The position numbers and the translations under genes were made by a program. Shown in pieces: positions 38,415-49,930 of a stretch of 64,000 bases of DNA (position 1 is its first letter; each line of letters starts with the position of its first letter). The notes below the pieces were generated by a model. The model saw only the letters and a list, made by a program, of their open reading frames with translations. It ran no database searches and was not told the origin of the DNA. The stretch comes from Camelus dromedarius (taxonomy: Eukaryota): positions 106,208,001 to 106,272,000 of the forward strand of contig NC_087436.1 in NCBI RefSeq assembly GCF_036321535.1, written 5' to 3'.

Positions 38415-40084
38415 GGCTGGAATAACAAAGGGTTAGGTTAGCATTTCAGGAGTGACTCTGCTGTCCCAGCAAACAAGGAGAGAGGAGGTGCCACTTTCTT
38501 TTTCTCTAACTCTGTGGTTTCCGGAATCTAAGTACTCCCTGTTTTGCTTTGTTTTCCGTAGACCAGCAGTCTTGACAGAAGACAGAGTAAGGTCTGTGTG
38601 TGATCTTTTCACTCTAATACCTCACTTCCTGATCCAGAAAACACTCCAGTGGACAAAACAAAGGGGATTCTTTACTGCTTTATACAGACCATTTGCTGAA
38701 CATGTTTGCCAGTGCGACTACGTTCGGTGTAGCACTTCTAAAAACGTCTGTTGCTCTGAAATGCATTCTGCAGTCTGATGTGGTTCTGTGTGGGGTGTAT
38801 GTGTGGGAAAGCCTCTCCACATGTCCTGTGGTTCTAACTTCCTCCCGTGTTTCAGGAGGGCTCTCCTTTGCTAACAGCCCCCAGAAGCACTCTCAGAGCA
38901 GAGTGCCTGGCTCCATCCCTCCCAGGTCACTGACACCCCTCCTTGGTACTGAGTCTGATCATATTTCCAATCCCTACACTTTGGATTGGTTCCTGACCCT
39001 TTTTCTTTCTTTCTTTTTTGGTAATATACTTTTATACTTAGGGAAACACAGCTGATCAGGTACTAGGGGACTTTATTCATTCCTCCTTATCGCCTGGCAC
39101 TTTTTCTGACAGTAATACCACCTATTAATGGTGTGCTTTCAACGTGACATGTTTTTACCACGTAAAACTCGGATGCAGATGGCAAACTGACACTCAGGTA
39201 GAAAGTTGTGGAAGCACAGCTCAAAGCCAAACTAGACTCCCGAGGCACTTTTCCTTTTTTCCAGACACGCAACCTTGCGTCGAGTTTGGAGTTTATAGGA
39301 CTTAGGATCTAAAGCCACTTGTAAACTTTGATTCAGTGAGGTCAATTATTCTTAATATTTATTGCCAGTAGAGAGTATTTGTGTATTTTATTAATGTGTT
39401 TGCTTCCTGCTAAGTGAAAACCATTGACTTGAGTGTAGGAGGGCATCTCATGCTTTAGAGGGTGAAAAATAAATACCCACATTTGAATTTGTTGAACAGT
39501 TAGCCCCTCTTTCCCTCTGTTGACCTGGGAATTTTTGCCTTTGGATATTAGAAGAAAAAAGATACTTAAGGAATCAAGAGAATTTAAGTAAAGGATTAGA
39601 ATGCAACTTGAAGATTAAGTGCCTTGGCATCTGTAGGATGGATGGAGATATATACAAAACCTCCTATCTCAACTAATTTATAAATGACTTGTTTTTTTTT
39701 CTAACAAGTATTTATTCCACATGTGGATGCCTGTAGTATTTACTTATTCTTTACTCTACCAACCCATTTTGAAAACCCATGTCTTTATCAATGCCCTGGT
39801 TCCTGCAGAAGGTACCAGAGAAGATAAGATCTGATTATTGGTCCAAGAAATGTGTGATGTTGGAAAAACCAAAAAAACCTTGAAATAATTTAATAACAAT
39901 CCATAACAGTATGACCAGTGCCAACAATGATGGCAGACATGCTAAGCTGGAGGAGATTTCAAAGAAAGAACATGTCAATAAAGACTCAATGTTCGGGAAA
40001 GACGTCGTGAAAAAAGCACAGATTTGACCTGGGCTCTGGAAATGAGCAAGACTGAGACAGACCGCGGAAGTCAGTATTTTTTTC

Positions 40085-40520
40085 AGTGTGTACTGTGCTG
40101 GGCACTGAAGTTTTACTCATTTAATCCTCACCAAACACCAGTCTTACTATTTCCACCTTGAAGTTGAGGAAATCAAGGCACCCAAGAGAGGTAGGATGGC
40201 TCAGTGGTTAAGAGCATACACCCTGGAAACAAATTTCCTAGGGTTGGCTCTTGGCACTACCATCTTACCAGCTGTGTGACCACATGCAAGACACTGAGCC
40301 TTTCTTGGCCTTAGTTTTCACCTTTGTAAAATGAAGACCATAATAGGACCTACCTTGGTAGCATCATTGTGAAGTTTGAATGAACCCATGGAGTTAATGT
40401 GTGTTAGGGGCGTGGCACGCATGAAGTGCCCCATGGACTCCAGTACACCTATTACTCTCACGACCAGGCACCTGGCCCAGTGGCAGGGCTGAGATGGGAG
40501 CGCCGGTCAGACCCTACCCC
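40085..40520. mobile_element. + strand MIR (about 40190-40455) nested inside a - strand MIR
   Basis: catttaatcctcacc...gttgaggaaatcaaggcacc | ggctcagtggttaagagcatac...ccttagttttcacctttgtaaaatga | cctggcccagtggcagggctgagatggg. Confidence 0.75.
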
Positions 40521-40989
40521 TGTGCTCATTTTACTCGAGCCCTGTTGTGGAAGGTGGTCTGATGCATCCAGCACCAGCAGAAGGCTGGACTGCAGGATGA
40601 GGTACCATGGGGGTACCGTAAGGGTCCATGGGGAGAGTGCAGTGCTGAACTAGAGGACTGGAGGGATGAGCAGCACGAGAGAAAGTTGGGTGTGGAGGGA
40701 GAAATGCAAATGCAAATGCAAGTGAGTGCTACCCCACTCACTTACGGCTCCATGCCTTTCGCTTTGACTTTCGTTCCAGCCAGGTCTGTGTGCGTCCTGT
40801 TCTGACACCACACTCCTCCCACAATGCACACGCATGTGCACACATACCCACACAGTAGTAGTGGTGCTGGACATCAAGTTCAAATTCTAAATGTGACCTG
40901 GGCTAAGCTGTGCATGCTTACAGCCTCAACTCTCAGCCCTCATCCCCGCCCCCTCCCCCGCACTGTGCTCCAGTCACGCAGATTAACTG

Positions 40990-41480
40990 GCAATTCCTGA
41001 AGACCATTGGAATGGAAGCCCCGTGGAGGCAGGGCTATGTCTGTCACACCCCACCGTACCCCAGCCACCTGGGTCGTGCCCAGTGTAGAGTGGATGCTCT
41101 GTGAATGATGGGTGAAAATGTGAAGGGATGAGTAAATGAGGATTCTCCTCTGCCTCTGGACTTTTGTAAATCCTTTTCCCTCTGACTGGAACAGCCTTCC
41201 CACCTTCTGTTCACTTCGTTTTGCTAGTCACTTCTTCCAGAAGGCATGTCCTCTTCTTCCCTCCCCCCTTTCTTAAGACCTGAGTCAGACGTGCATGGAA
41301 CCCCACGTCACCCCTCCCTCAGCATTTATCACTGTGCTGCCATCCTCTTCCTGATGTCTTTCTACATCATTAAATGGAGGCTCCCTGAAGGGCAAGACAG
41401 AGGTTTTCTTCCTCAGCATTGCAGCCCTGTGCCCAGCTGGGTGTCAGACCCCCAGAAGGGCCCAGGCACTGTCTGTGAAC
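40990..41480 (+). mobile_element. Two L2 3' fragments
   Basis: gaagccccgtggaggcagggctatgtctg; ggaggctccctgaagggcaagacagagg. Confidence 0.7.
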
Positions 41481-43117
41481 ACACGTGCATGCACACACAT
41501 ACACTCACGCACACTCATCCTTTCAGGAGCCGTTCTGTTCAGGCTCCTTGGGGAGTGAGTCACCATGGTAAGTAACAGGTGACTCGGGACAGTGGCAGGT
41601 GTCTCTCTCCACCTCTCCTGGCAGCAGGGGCAGCTCGGCTCAGCCTCCACAGTTCCCCTGGCAATTGGAATTCAGAGAAATCAGCCGCTGACAGCAGACG
41701 CGAAGGGCCTGAGATGGAGGTTGGGAGTCAGCCTTTTAATGAGCGTTCTCCAGAGCATGGTCTCCAACAAGCCACCCTGGACTCCCTTGATCAGTTTAAT
41801 TGGAGGACAGGCGGTCTTAAACATTTAAAAAAGCTGACAGAAGGATCTAATTCCCAAGGCTTCCCCTCCAGCAAAACCTGTTCTCTGAAGCTCCCTTTCT
41901 TGGACATGTGCGATGCCTGCATGTTGACCTTTAGTGGATTTCTAGATCACTCTGTGCCCGGCTCCGTTTCTGAGCTTGCTCTCAATTTTGTCCTTTGGAA
42001 CCCACGCAAAATGCTGTGAAACTCTCCATTCATTCTGATGTCTTGCTACTGGAAGGACATTCGAGCGAGGGATTGCTTTGGGAACATTTTGATGCCTGTC
42101 TACACCACAGATTTTGTTTATCTGTTTTCATAAAGCATATTTAAAGCTAACTCTGTCTTTTCACTCCCTGACTATTTTGGAATCACTGGAGATTTTCCTA
42201 GATTGAGAGACTTCTTTGTATTAAATGTGTTTTGTTTTTCTCAGCAGAGTAAATAAAATACTTGGAAAATTGAATTTTTTGTATTACTAATATATATTAT
42301 AGAAGCTGATAAATGTGAGATTAATGGCCAAAAAGAGACATTTCAGATGGATAATTTAGATTTTTATCATTTATTAATCATGGAAAGTAAACCTGCTGTA
42401 TAAGTAATTTTAGTTTTATCAAGAAGATAAATTGTCCTGGCTAATGAACATATAGATATTCTATGCCAAAGGCATTTGGAGTAATCTGTTAATCATTTAA
42501 CTGTGTCAAGGCATATGCTATGTCTTCATAAAGCAATTAAAACACATAACTTTCTCCACTGAAATGTGTATTGGCCTTCACCGCCTAAAGCAGATTAAAA
42601 TGGCATTTGTCTGAGACTAGGCTTCAGTGGCACAATAGCTAAAAGCAAAAAAAAAAAAACAAAAAAAAACAAAACCCACAGGAAGCTATAGATGTCACGG
42701 CAAAGAAAGTCGGATTCAGTCTCTCATACGTGGCGTGAGGTTGCAAGTCACTCCGGAGTCGGGCCGTGCTAATGAGGAAGGGCTTTCTGGCTCCCAAGTA
42801 CCTATCATGGTGGATGGGTTCTTGGCGGAAAATCCCAGGGGGCCTTTCTCCCTCCCAGTGCCTGGGGATTTACATCCGTAGCTCCCATTAGCATGAACGG
42901 GTGCTCCCCGCCTGCAGACTGTGCTCTCACTGATGGAGGAACAGACCCCTGCACAGTATTCTAGCTCCATTTATCTGGTGTTGGGAGACGGACGCAGGGC
43001 TGCGTTCACAGGGTTTTGATAGCATTCTGGTGCCATTATGCTAATAGAGATTTGTGTCAGCTCTTTTTTGAGAGGGTCATAATTCTACTTTTAAAACTCT
43101 CTTTCAGCTGAAATAAA

Positions 43118-43165
<48 letters not shown>

Positions 43166-43183
43166 GTTATTGTTATTATTATT
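43118..43183. repeat. (ATT)n trinucleotide repeat
   Basis: Direct inspection. Confidence 0.98.
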
Positions 43184-43970
43184 AATGTCTACAAACGAAC
43201 CAGCACGATCGCCACCAGCACACACAAAATAAATGGCTGACTTACTCACTCGGCAGTAGTTTGTGGAAGGCGATTTTCACTCGGCTTGTTTTCCTGACTT
43301 CCTTCCACTTGCCGTGCCCTGAGCTCAGGGCTCAGTTCAGTCATCCTCCCTCACATGGCTTTGCCAGCCCATCATCTTAAGGACCCCCGGGAGGGCAGTG
43401 CTCGATGGAAAGCTCTGGTTGGCACCCGAGGAGACCAAGGCAAAGAGCGGTGAAGTAGTAGCTTGAGATGTTGTGGAAACTGGAGGCTGAAACCCATTTG
43501 CATTGGAAATCTGATTTCTGATTCCCAGGGTTGGTGGGAATCCCTTAGGCAGGTTCCCCCAGAGCTTCTGAGAAGGGGTGGGGGGCACTGGTTTCCTCCT
43601 GGGCCCCCATGGTCTTGCAGACAGCGGTTTCTCAGTGAACGTGGACTGAATCAACAGATGTACGAAAGGACACGTTAGATTGATACTGGCTTTGGTCCTT
43701 TTCTCTTACCGGCTTCATAACCTTGTCAGGTCTCGGTTTCCTCACCTGTAAGCTAGGGAAGGGGATGTGCTCAGACCTCGTAGTGCCTTCCTGAAGAGTC
43801 AGGGAGTGCATGAAGGCTTCAGGCCTAGAGTCAGCACCTGCGGGAGCTGCTCTTCCTTCTGGAACTCCTTCCTCAGACCGAGGGCTGTTCTCAGCAGGGA
43901 CACACTGTAGCACTAAGCTGGCCCACTAGCAGCCCAACAGAAGCAAGAGATGCTTTCTGTTAAACACACC

Positions 43971-45344
43971 TTTCTTTTTTTTTTAAATTGAAGTTTAGTT
44001 GATTTACAATGTTGTGTTGGTTTCTGGTGTACAGCATAGTGATTCAGTTATATATATATATATAATATTCTTTTTCATTATAGGTTATTACAAGCTATTG
44101 AATGTAGTCCCCTGTACTATACAGTATGACCTTGTTGTTTATTTTATATATAGTAGTTTGTATCTGCTAATCCCAAACTCCTAAGTTATCCCTTCCCTCC
44201 TTTCCCCCTGGTAACCATAAGTTTATTTTCTATGTCTGTGAGTCTCTCCCTTTTTTTTTGGTAAATAAGTTCATTTTTATCATTTTTTTTTTAGATTCCA
44301 CATATATGTGGTATCATATGATATTTGTCTTTGTCTGTCTGACTTACCTCACTCAGTATGATAATCTCTAGGTCCATCCATGTTGCTGCAAATGGCATTA
44401 TTTCATTCTTTTTTACGGTTGAGTAGTATTCCATTGTATATATACTGTGTATATATATATACTACACCTTTTAAAATTTTTTTAATTTTTTAATTTGCAT
44501 TATTTTTTAATTGAAGTATAGTCAGTTTATAACGTGTCAATTTCTGGTGTACAGCACAACGTTTCAGTCATACATATGCATACATATATTCATTTTCATA
44601 TTCTTTTTCATTATAGGTTACTACAAGATATTGAATACAATTCCATGTGCTATATAGTAGGTCCTTGCTGTTTATCTATTTTATATATATTAGTTAGTAT
44701 CTGCAAGTCTTGAACTCCTAATTTATCCCTTCCCACCCCCTTTCCCCGCTGGTAACCATAAATTTGTTTTCTATGTCTGTGAGTCTGTTTCTGTTTTGTA
44801 AATAAGCTCATTTAAATCTTTTTTTGAGATTCCACATATAAGTGATATATAGTATTTTTCTTTCTTTTTCTGGCTTACTTCTTCACTTAGAATGACAATC
44901 TCCAGTCCATCTATGTTGCTGCAAATGATATTATTTTATTCTTTCTATGGCTGAGTAGTATTCCATTATATATATACCACATCTTCTTTATCCAATCATC
45001 TGTGGAGATTTAGGTTGCTTCTATGTCTTGGCTATTGTAAATAGTGCTTCAGTGAACATTGGGGTGCAGGTGTCTTTTCAAATCAGAGTTTTCTCCAGAT
45101 ACACGCCAAGGACTGGGATTGCTGGATCATATGGAAAGTCTATTTTTAGTTTTTTAAGGAATCTCCATACAGTTTTCCATATTGGCTGCACCAAATTACA
45201 TTCCCATCAACAGTGCAGGAAGGTTCTCTTTTTTCCACACCTTCTCCAGCATTTATTGTTTGTGGACTTTTTAGTGATGATCATTCTGACCAGTGTGAGG
45301 TGATAACCTCATGTAGTTTTGATTTTCATTTCTCTGATAACTAG
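43971..45344 (-). mobile_element. Two cetartiodactyl L1 3' ends in tandem (younger copy from about 44475 inside an older copy), extending into ORF2 C-terminal sequence
   Basis: Two poly-T-preceded 3' UTRs (aattgaagtttagttgatttacaatg; aattgaagtatagtcagtttat), then gctattgtaaatagtgct...gggattgctggatcatatgg; degenerate TSD at 43962-43975 and 45345-45359. Confidence 0.92.
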
Positions 45345-47179
45345 AAATGCACCCTTTCCTTAGCCATACTGGGCATGGCAAAACAGAAAAGGAGCTGGGC
45401 TGCACTGGGTTTTGGGGGGATCTGTTCTCCACCTGAGTTAGGTAGGCATGGTGGTCAGGGAGCTAAAGATCAAAATGTCAGTGCTACTGTAGATAAAATC
45501 TTGAACAAAGGACAGGATGTAGCTCTGTGGGGGAGGGTCTTTCTAAAGTCTGCACACCAGAATTAAACTACCCACCCAGCCACTGGCAGAGCAAGAATCC
45601 TGCATGGGGGAGCAGGTGAAGGTAGAGGCAGGACCTCATGAGAGGACCCAGAAGGGACTGACCTACCCAGGTTGGCTTCCTTCTTCCAAACCTGTTAAGT
45701 AAGTCCCTTCTCCCATCCTGGAGAGGATGGAGGCCAATAGTGTTTAAATGACAACTTCTCCCATGGAAATAAAATAAGTGAGGAATAACCATTCTCCCTC
45801 AACAGATCATAAGGTGTTCCTGAATCCACTCTTTAAGGGGCTTGAAGCACAACTTTCTTAACGATGTGTTAGGAGGACAAAGTCCCCTAAACCTTTATGT
45901 TCTAGAGCAACCATCTTTGTTTTTCCATAATTTTTTGAACACCAACATCCACTAACCTGGACTGTACGTGAGACCCACGAAAGATCGTTATGAAAGGAAA
46001 AGGCAGGATGAGGAGTCATTTTATAGCAAGAGAGATGTACACATGGGCACTCAAAAAATCCCGAGAGGACAGGGTTTTATGTAGATGAAATTGGAAAAAA
46101 GGAAGGTGCAGAAGGCAAGTCTTACAAGGTGCAGCAGAAGGGCAGGGAAGGGAGGACAGCTGCCTGGTGTGTATGTATATGGGAATTCTGGCAGAGTCTA
46201 GTTCCATACCATCTTTTCCAAATCTCTGCTTCTGCCTGCCCCCTGCCCCCTGACAGGTCTAACCCGATCTGATGGTCCTAGCTTGCCAACCCTTGGGACA
46301 GCTCTGACTCCCGTGCCAACATCAGGAGGATGAGGGAAGAGTTACTCCCATTTGCTTCTCTCCTGGACTCCTTCTCTCTCAGCCTATAGTCCGCGTCCCA
46401 TGCAGTGGAACCACTGCAACCATCCACAGACTCATTGCCCCTGACCCTACACTGCAGCAGGCCCCAGTCCCTTTCCCCCAAACCGAGTCTCCAGAGACCC
46501 TCCAGTCGTGTCAAGAATGAATGGTCACTGACCAGCCAGAGTATCACATTGTAACAACACCCCTCCCTTCCTTTCTTATGACCATTGACTTATCTTCGAG
46601 TTCTTTGTCCTTACTGGATTCCTTTTCTAAGTTTTTATCTCCAAATAAAATCAGCTTCTTTTCTGGTCACAGTGGTCTGTGCACAGCAGTCTTCACTCAT
46701 CTTTGGTGCCTGGGGGCCTGGAAAGTGTCTCCTGGGAGGGAAAGCGGGGAGGGGAGGTGCTGCATGGGCAGTTCGGATGCGGGCGCCTGGCCAGCTCCGG
46801 AAGACTGGCCCACTCCAGAGTCTTGAACACACATTCCCTGCTGAGTAGCAGGTTGATGCCAGCAGACTGCCAGGCGGGCCCCCTGATGTTTGTAATACAC
46901 AGATCCATATCAGCGTTATGAAGTTCCATATTAATATGATGCTAAATAGGGATTCTGACGCTTGCAAGAGGAGGGGTTGGGGAAGCAGTGAACGAGGTCA
47001 CCAGTAAAAATGAGAGCCCCGGGACTGGAATAGCAGCAGACTTGCAGGTGACTGTCGGCATGCATTAGCAGTAGGGGGAAGCTCCACCAGCATCTGCCTG
47101 CATTATTCTTGGTTCCAGCCCAGTGCCCCCTCTCTCCTCTTTCTCATTGAATTTGATGCTTTATGGAAGCTGCAACGTC

Positions 47180-47390
47180 ATAAAAATAACACTCTGCTGC
47201 ATCCTTCACCCCAGGATCTCAAAGCCCTCTACGGACATTAATATTTATCGCTAGGAACCTGGGATGTCGGTGGAGAAATATTATCCCAATTTTACAGATG
47301 AGGAACTTGAGACTGGGCGGTGAAGTGACTTGGCAGAAGTCACTCCCTACCTACCGAGTGGTGGGGCCGTGCCCTGGGCCAGATCCCAGA
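47180..47390 (-). mobile_element. Old MIR-family SINE (MIR1_Amn/MIRc-like)
   Basis: ccaggatctcaaagccctctacggacattaat...ttatcccaattttacagatgaggaacttgagac. Confidence 0.7.
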
Positions 47391-49559
47391 AAAGTATTTG
47401 TAGCCCTTGGCAGAATGGGAGAATGGCCTTTGTTTAAACAAAAGAAAACACGATGTGCCCTGAACAAGCTGGAGGGAGGCAAGACAAGCAGTCTCCTCTC
47501 CTCTCTCTGACTTTGGTTCCTGTCATGTTGGGCTTGAGGGAGTTGACTCTCATGGCCAGTTTGGTTTTTCTCTTCTCTGCCAACCTGGCCAATTAAATCT
47601 ATCAGCTCAGAATGCATGGTTGGAGAATAGTGAACAGTTTCAGTTACAGAACTTTCATAAAGTATGAAAAGGGCCCACCTGAGAGAAGATTATCCTGGTC
47701 AAGAAGAAGGGGACCTCTCCCATGAAGGCAACAAAATCTCTCTCAGTCTGCAAAGATGGCGGCCAAGAGGAGACCATCCTCCAAATTGAAGGGGTCTTGA
47801 GGATTCTGGAGAGGGTGGAGCATCGATTATAAGGTTCAGAATTCTAGAACTATGGGTATGTTTTCTTCTCGACCTTGGAATTGATCAGGGGAAATTAAGG
47901 GTGGTTCCATGTTTTTCTGCATAAATGGGAGAATGTCTATGTCTGGAAAAAATAAATGGATTTAAAAAAATGGTTTAAAGACATTTCTAAATGAGGCATT
48001 TATTTTGGAGATGCATATCTGACTATTTGGGTGGATACCAGGAGACAATGCTGCAGTTTTATTTTCCAGCACTTAGCATCTGGCTACGGAAGAAAACTGG
48101 AAAAGTGGGTGGGATGGTGCTTTGCTAAGCATTTGCTAACCATTTGTAAAGGTTTGACAACGGGCCATAGACGGTGTGGCACCAGGGATATGGAGCTGCG
48201 TGGGATGGAGTTTCTGCCCTGCCGGTGGGGGTTGGCTAGGCTGGCTGGGGGAGGCAGACGTGCAGATGAATAATTACGGAGTTGTGAGATGAGCTGCCAC
48301 AGAGACTGGCACCCTGTGCTGTGGGAGCACAGAGAAAGAGGTGATTTGTGTGTGAGAAATTCTACTTGCATGTTAAATTCTTCCCAAGCCAGCCTTGATG
48401 AGGCCGTCATGTTTTGCCATTAGGAATTGGATAGCGACCACTTGGTCCATTTTATGGGTAAACAAAAGCTGCTCTGAAATACTTGATCTAGTTGAAAGCG
48501 AGGCATGTCCTGTGGAAGTCTAGAAAGTGTCAAAGCCTCCTGCAGGCATGAGAATAGCATCTTTGTCGCCTGTAGCACATCCCCAGTACCATCAGGGAAG
48601 GACATCAGTGTTGCTCTCTTCAGGCCAGATCATGCTTGTCTCAGTGTCTCGTTGCCACATCCTAGGATGGAGTTTGCAAAGGGCTTTGTTTATTGCTCAG
48701 AGTTTAAGCAGATGGCAGGCTATGTTTTGTGGCGTGGTGTCTTTGGTAGAGTTCAGGGTTCTGTGTACCAAAGCCTTGACCAGACCTGCTGGAGCTGTGA
48801 TCAGTTCTTTCCACGAAGTGCCTGGAGAAGATTACATAGATGACAGTGTGAAGTACCACATTCAATTAATAATTGAGGTCCCCTCCCCCAGACTGTCACG
48901 GCACCACATGAAAGTAAGATGAAGAAACAGTCTTTAAGCTATTGAGTCAGCTTGTTGTGGTCCCTTTGGATCCAAGCTCTTGGGCATCCTGGTCTCTGTG
49001 GCCTTTCTCTCGGAACTGTTGCTTTAAATTGGTGCTGACACATGGCATCTAGGACAGGCTTAGGGCTGAAATAAAGCCAAAGAAAGGAGGCCATCTAGGT
49101 CTCCCCAGTGTGAGTAGTGTCCTCAGCCATCTTCTCTTGTCCCGGCGCACTGCATGACCCGGTATATGATCCTTCTCTCAATCCTGGCTTCTCTTCATGA
49201 AGGAAAAGCAAGTAGGTTGGTCTGCAGATGTTCATCATGTTGAGGACATTTCTCGGTGCTTGGAGGGAAAGAGGATCTTTATCTTCTTCTAGTGGTTGGT
49301 ATGAGCCCCAAGGAAGTAACAGCAGGACGGTGGTGGCCATAAGGTTTATGCAGTTTCTAAGACACTTGTCCAGCCTTCCCTCTGGCCAGACTTGCCTAGC
49401 TCAGCGTAGCCTCTGCTGAGTTGCCTGCGTGCATGGAATCAAGTCATCGGGCCAAACCTGGAACCTGGCCCAGGTGGCTGTTCTTCAGCATCATGAACCC
49501 AACCACCCTCTCCCATTGGAGACTGGAGTAGTGGACACTAGATCAGTGTGTAGAGAAAA

Positions 49560-49930
49560 TTCATCAGCAGTAACAGCATGGTGGTTAAGGATGTGGATTC
49601 TAGATGGAGGTGGCTCTGGGCGGAATCTCCGTGTGATGTTGGGCGCTTGCTCTAACTCTTTGCTCCTCTCTTCATTTTTTAGAACAAATAAAGATGCTTG
49701 TGCCGTGAGGATAACGATGAGAGTTGCAAGGATTAAAGCAACAACGCACGTGAAATAGGTAGTGCTGTGCCTGGCGTGTGGGAGCTGCTTCACCTCCTCA
49801 TCTGTAAAGTGGGGCTAAAGGTTATCTGGACCTCACAGGAGTTCGTTAGGATGATTGGGTTAGATCTTCTAAACCCCTGGCATGTAGTGATCACTCAGTA
49901 AATGCTGTTTGTACTAACATTTACTATTAT
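49560..49930 (+). mobile_element. Two tandem MIR copies
   Basis: agcatggtggttaaggatgtggattctag... and second core cctcatctgtaaagtgggg. Confidence 0.75.

Noticed and set aside
45140..45149. MEF2 consensus CTATTTTTAG (and CTATTTTTAA near 53520)
   Set aside because: Part of the L1 consensus carried by many copies; no locus-specific significance.
45028..45303. 91-aa ORF, and similar ORFs at 43999, 53259, 53534 and 62707-63253
   Set aside because: Antisense or incidental frames of L1 and MLT2 repeats, not genes.
46734..46754. Canonical G4 motifs here and at 34138-34160
   Set aside because: Real pattern matches, but common in mammalian DNA and without supporting context.
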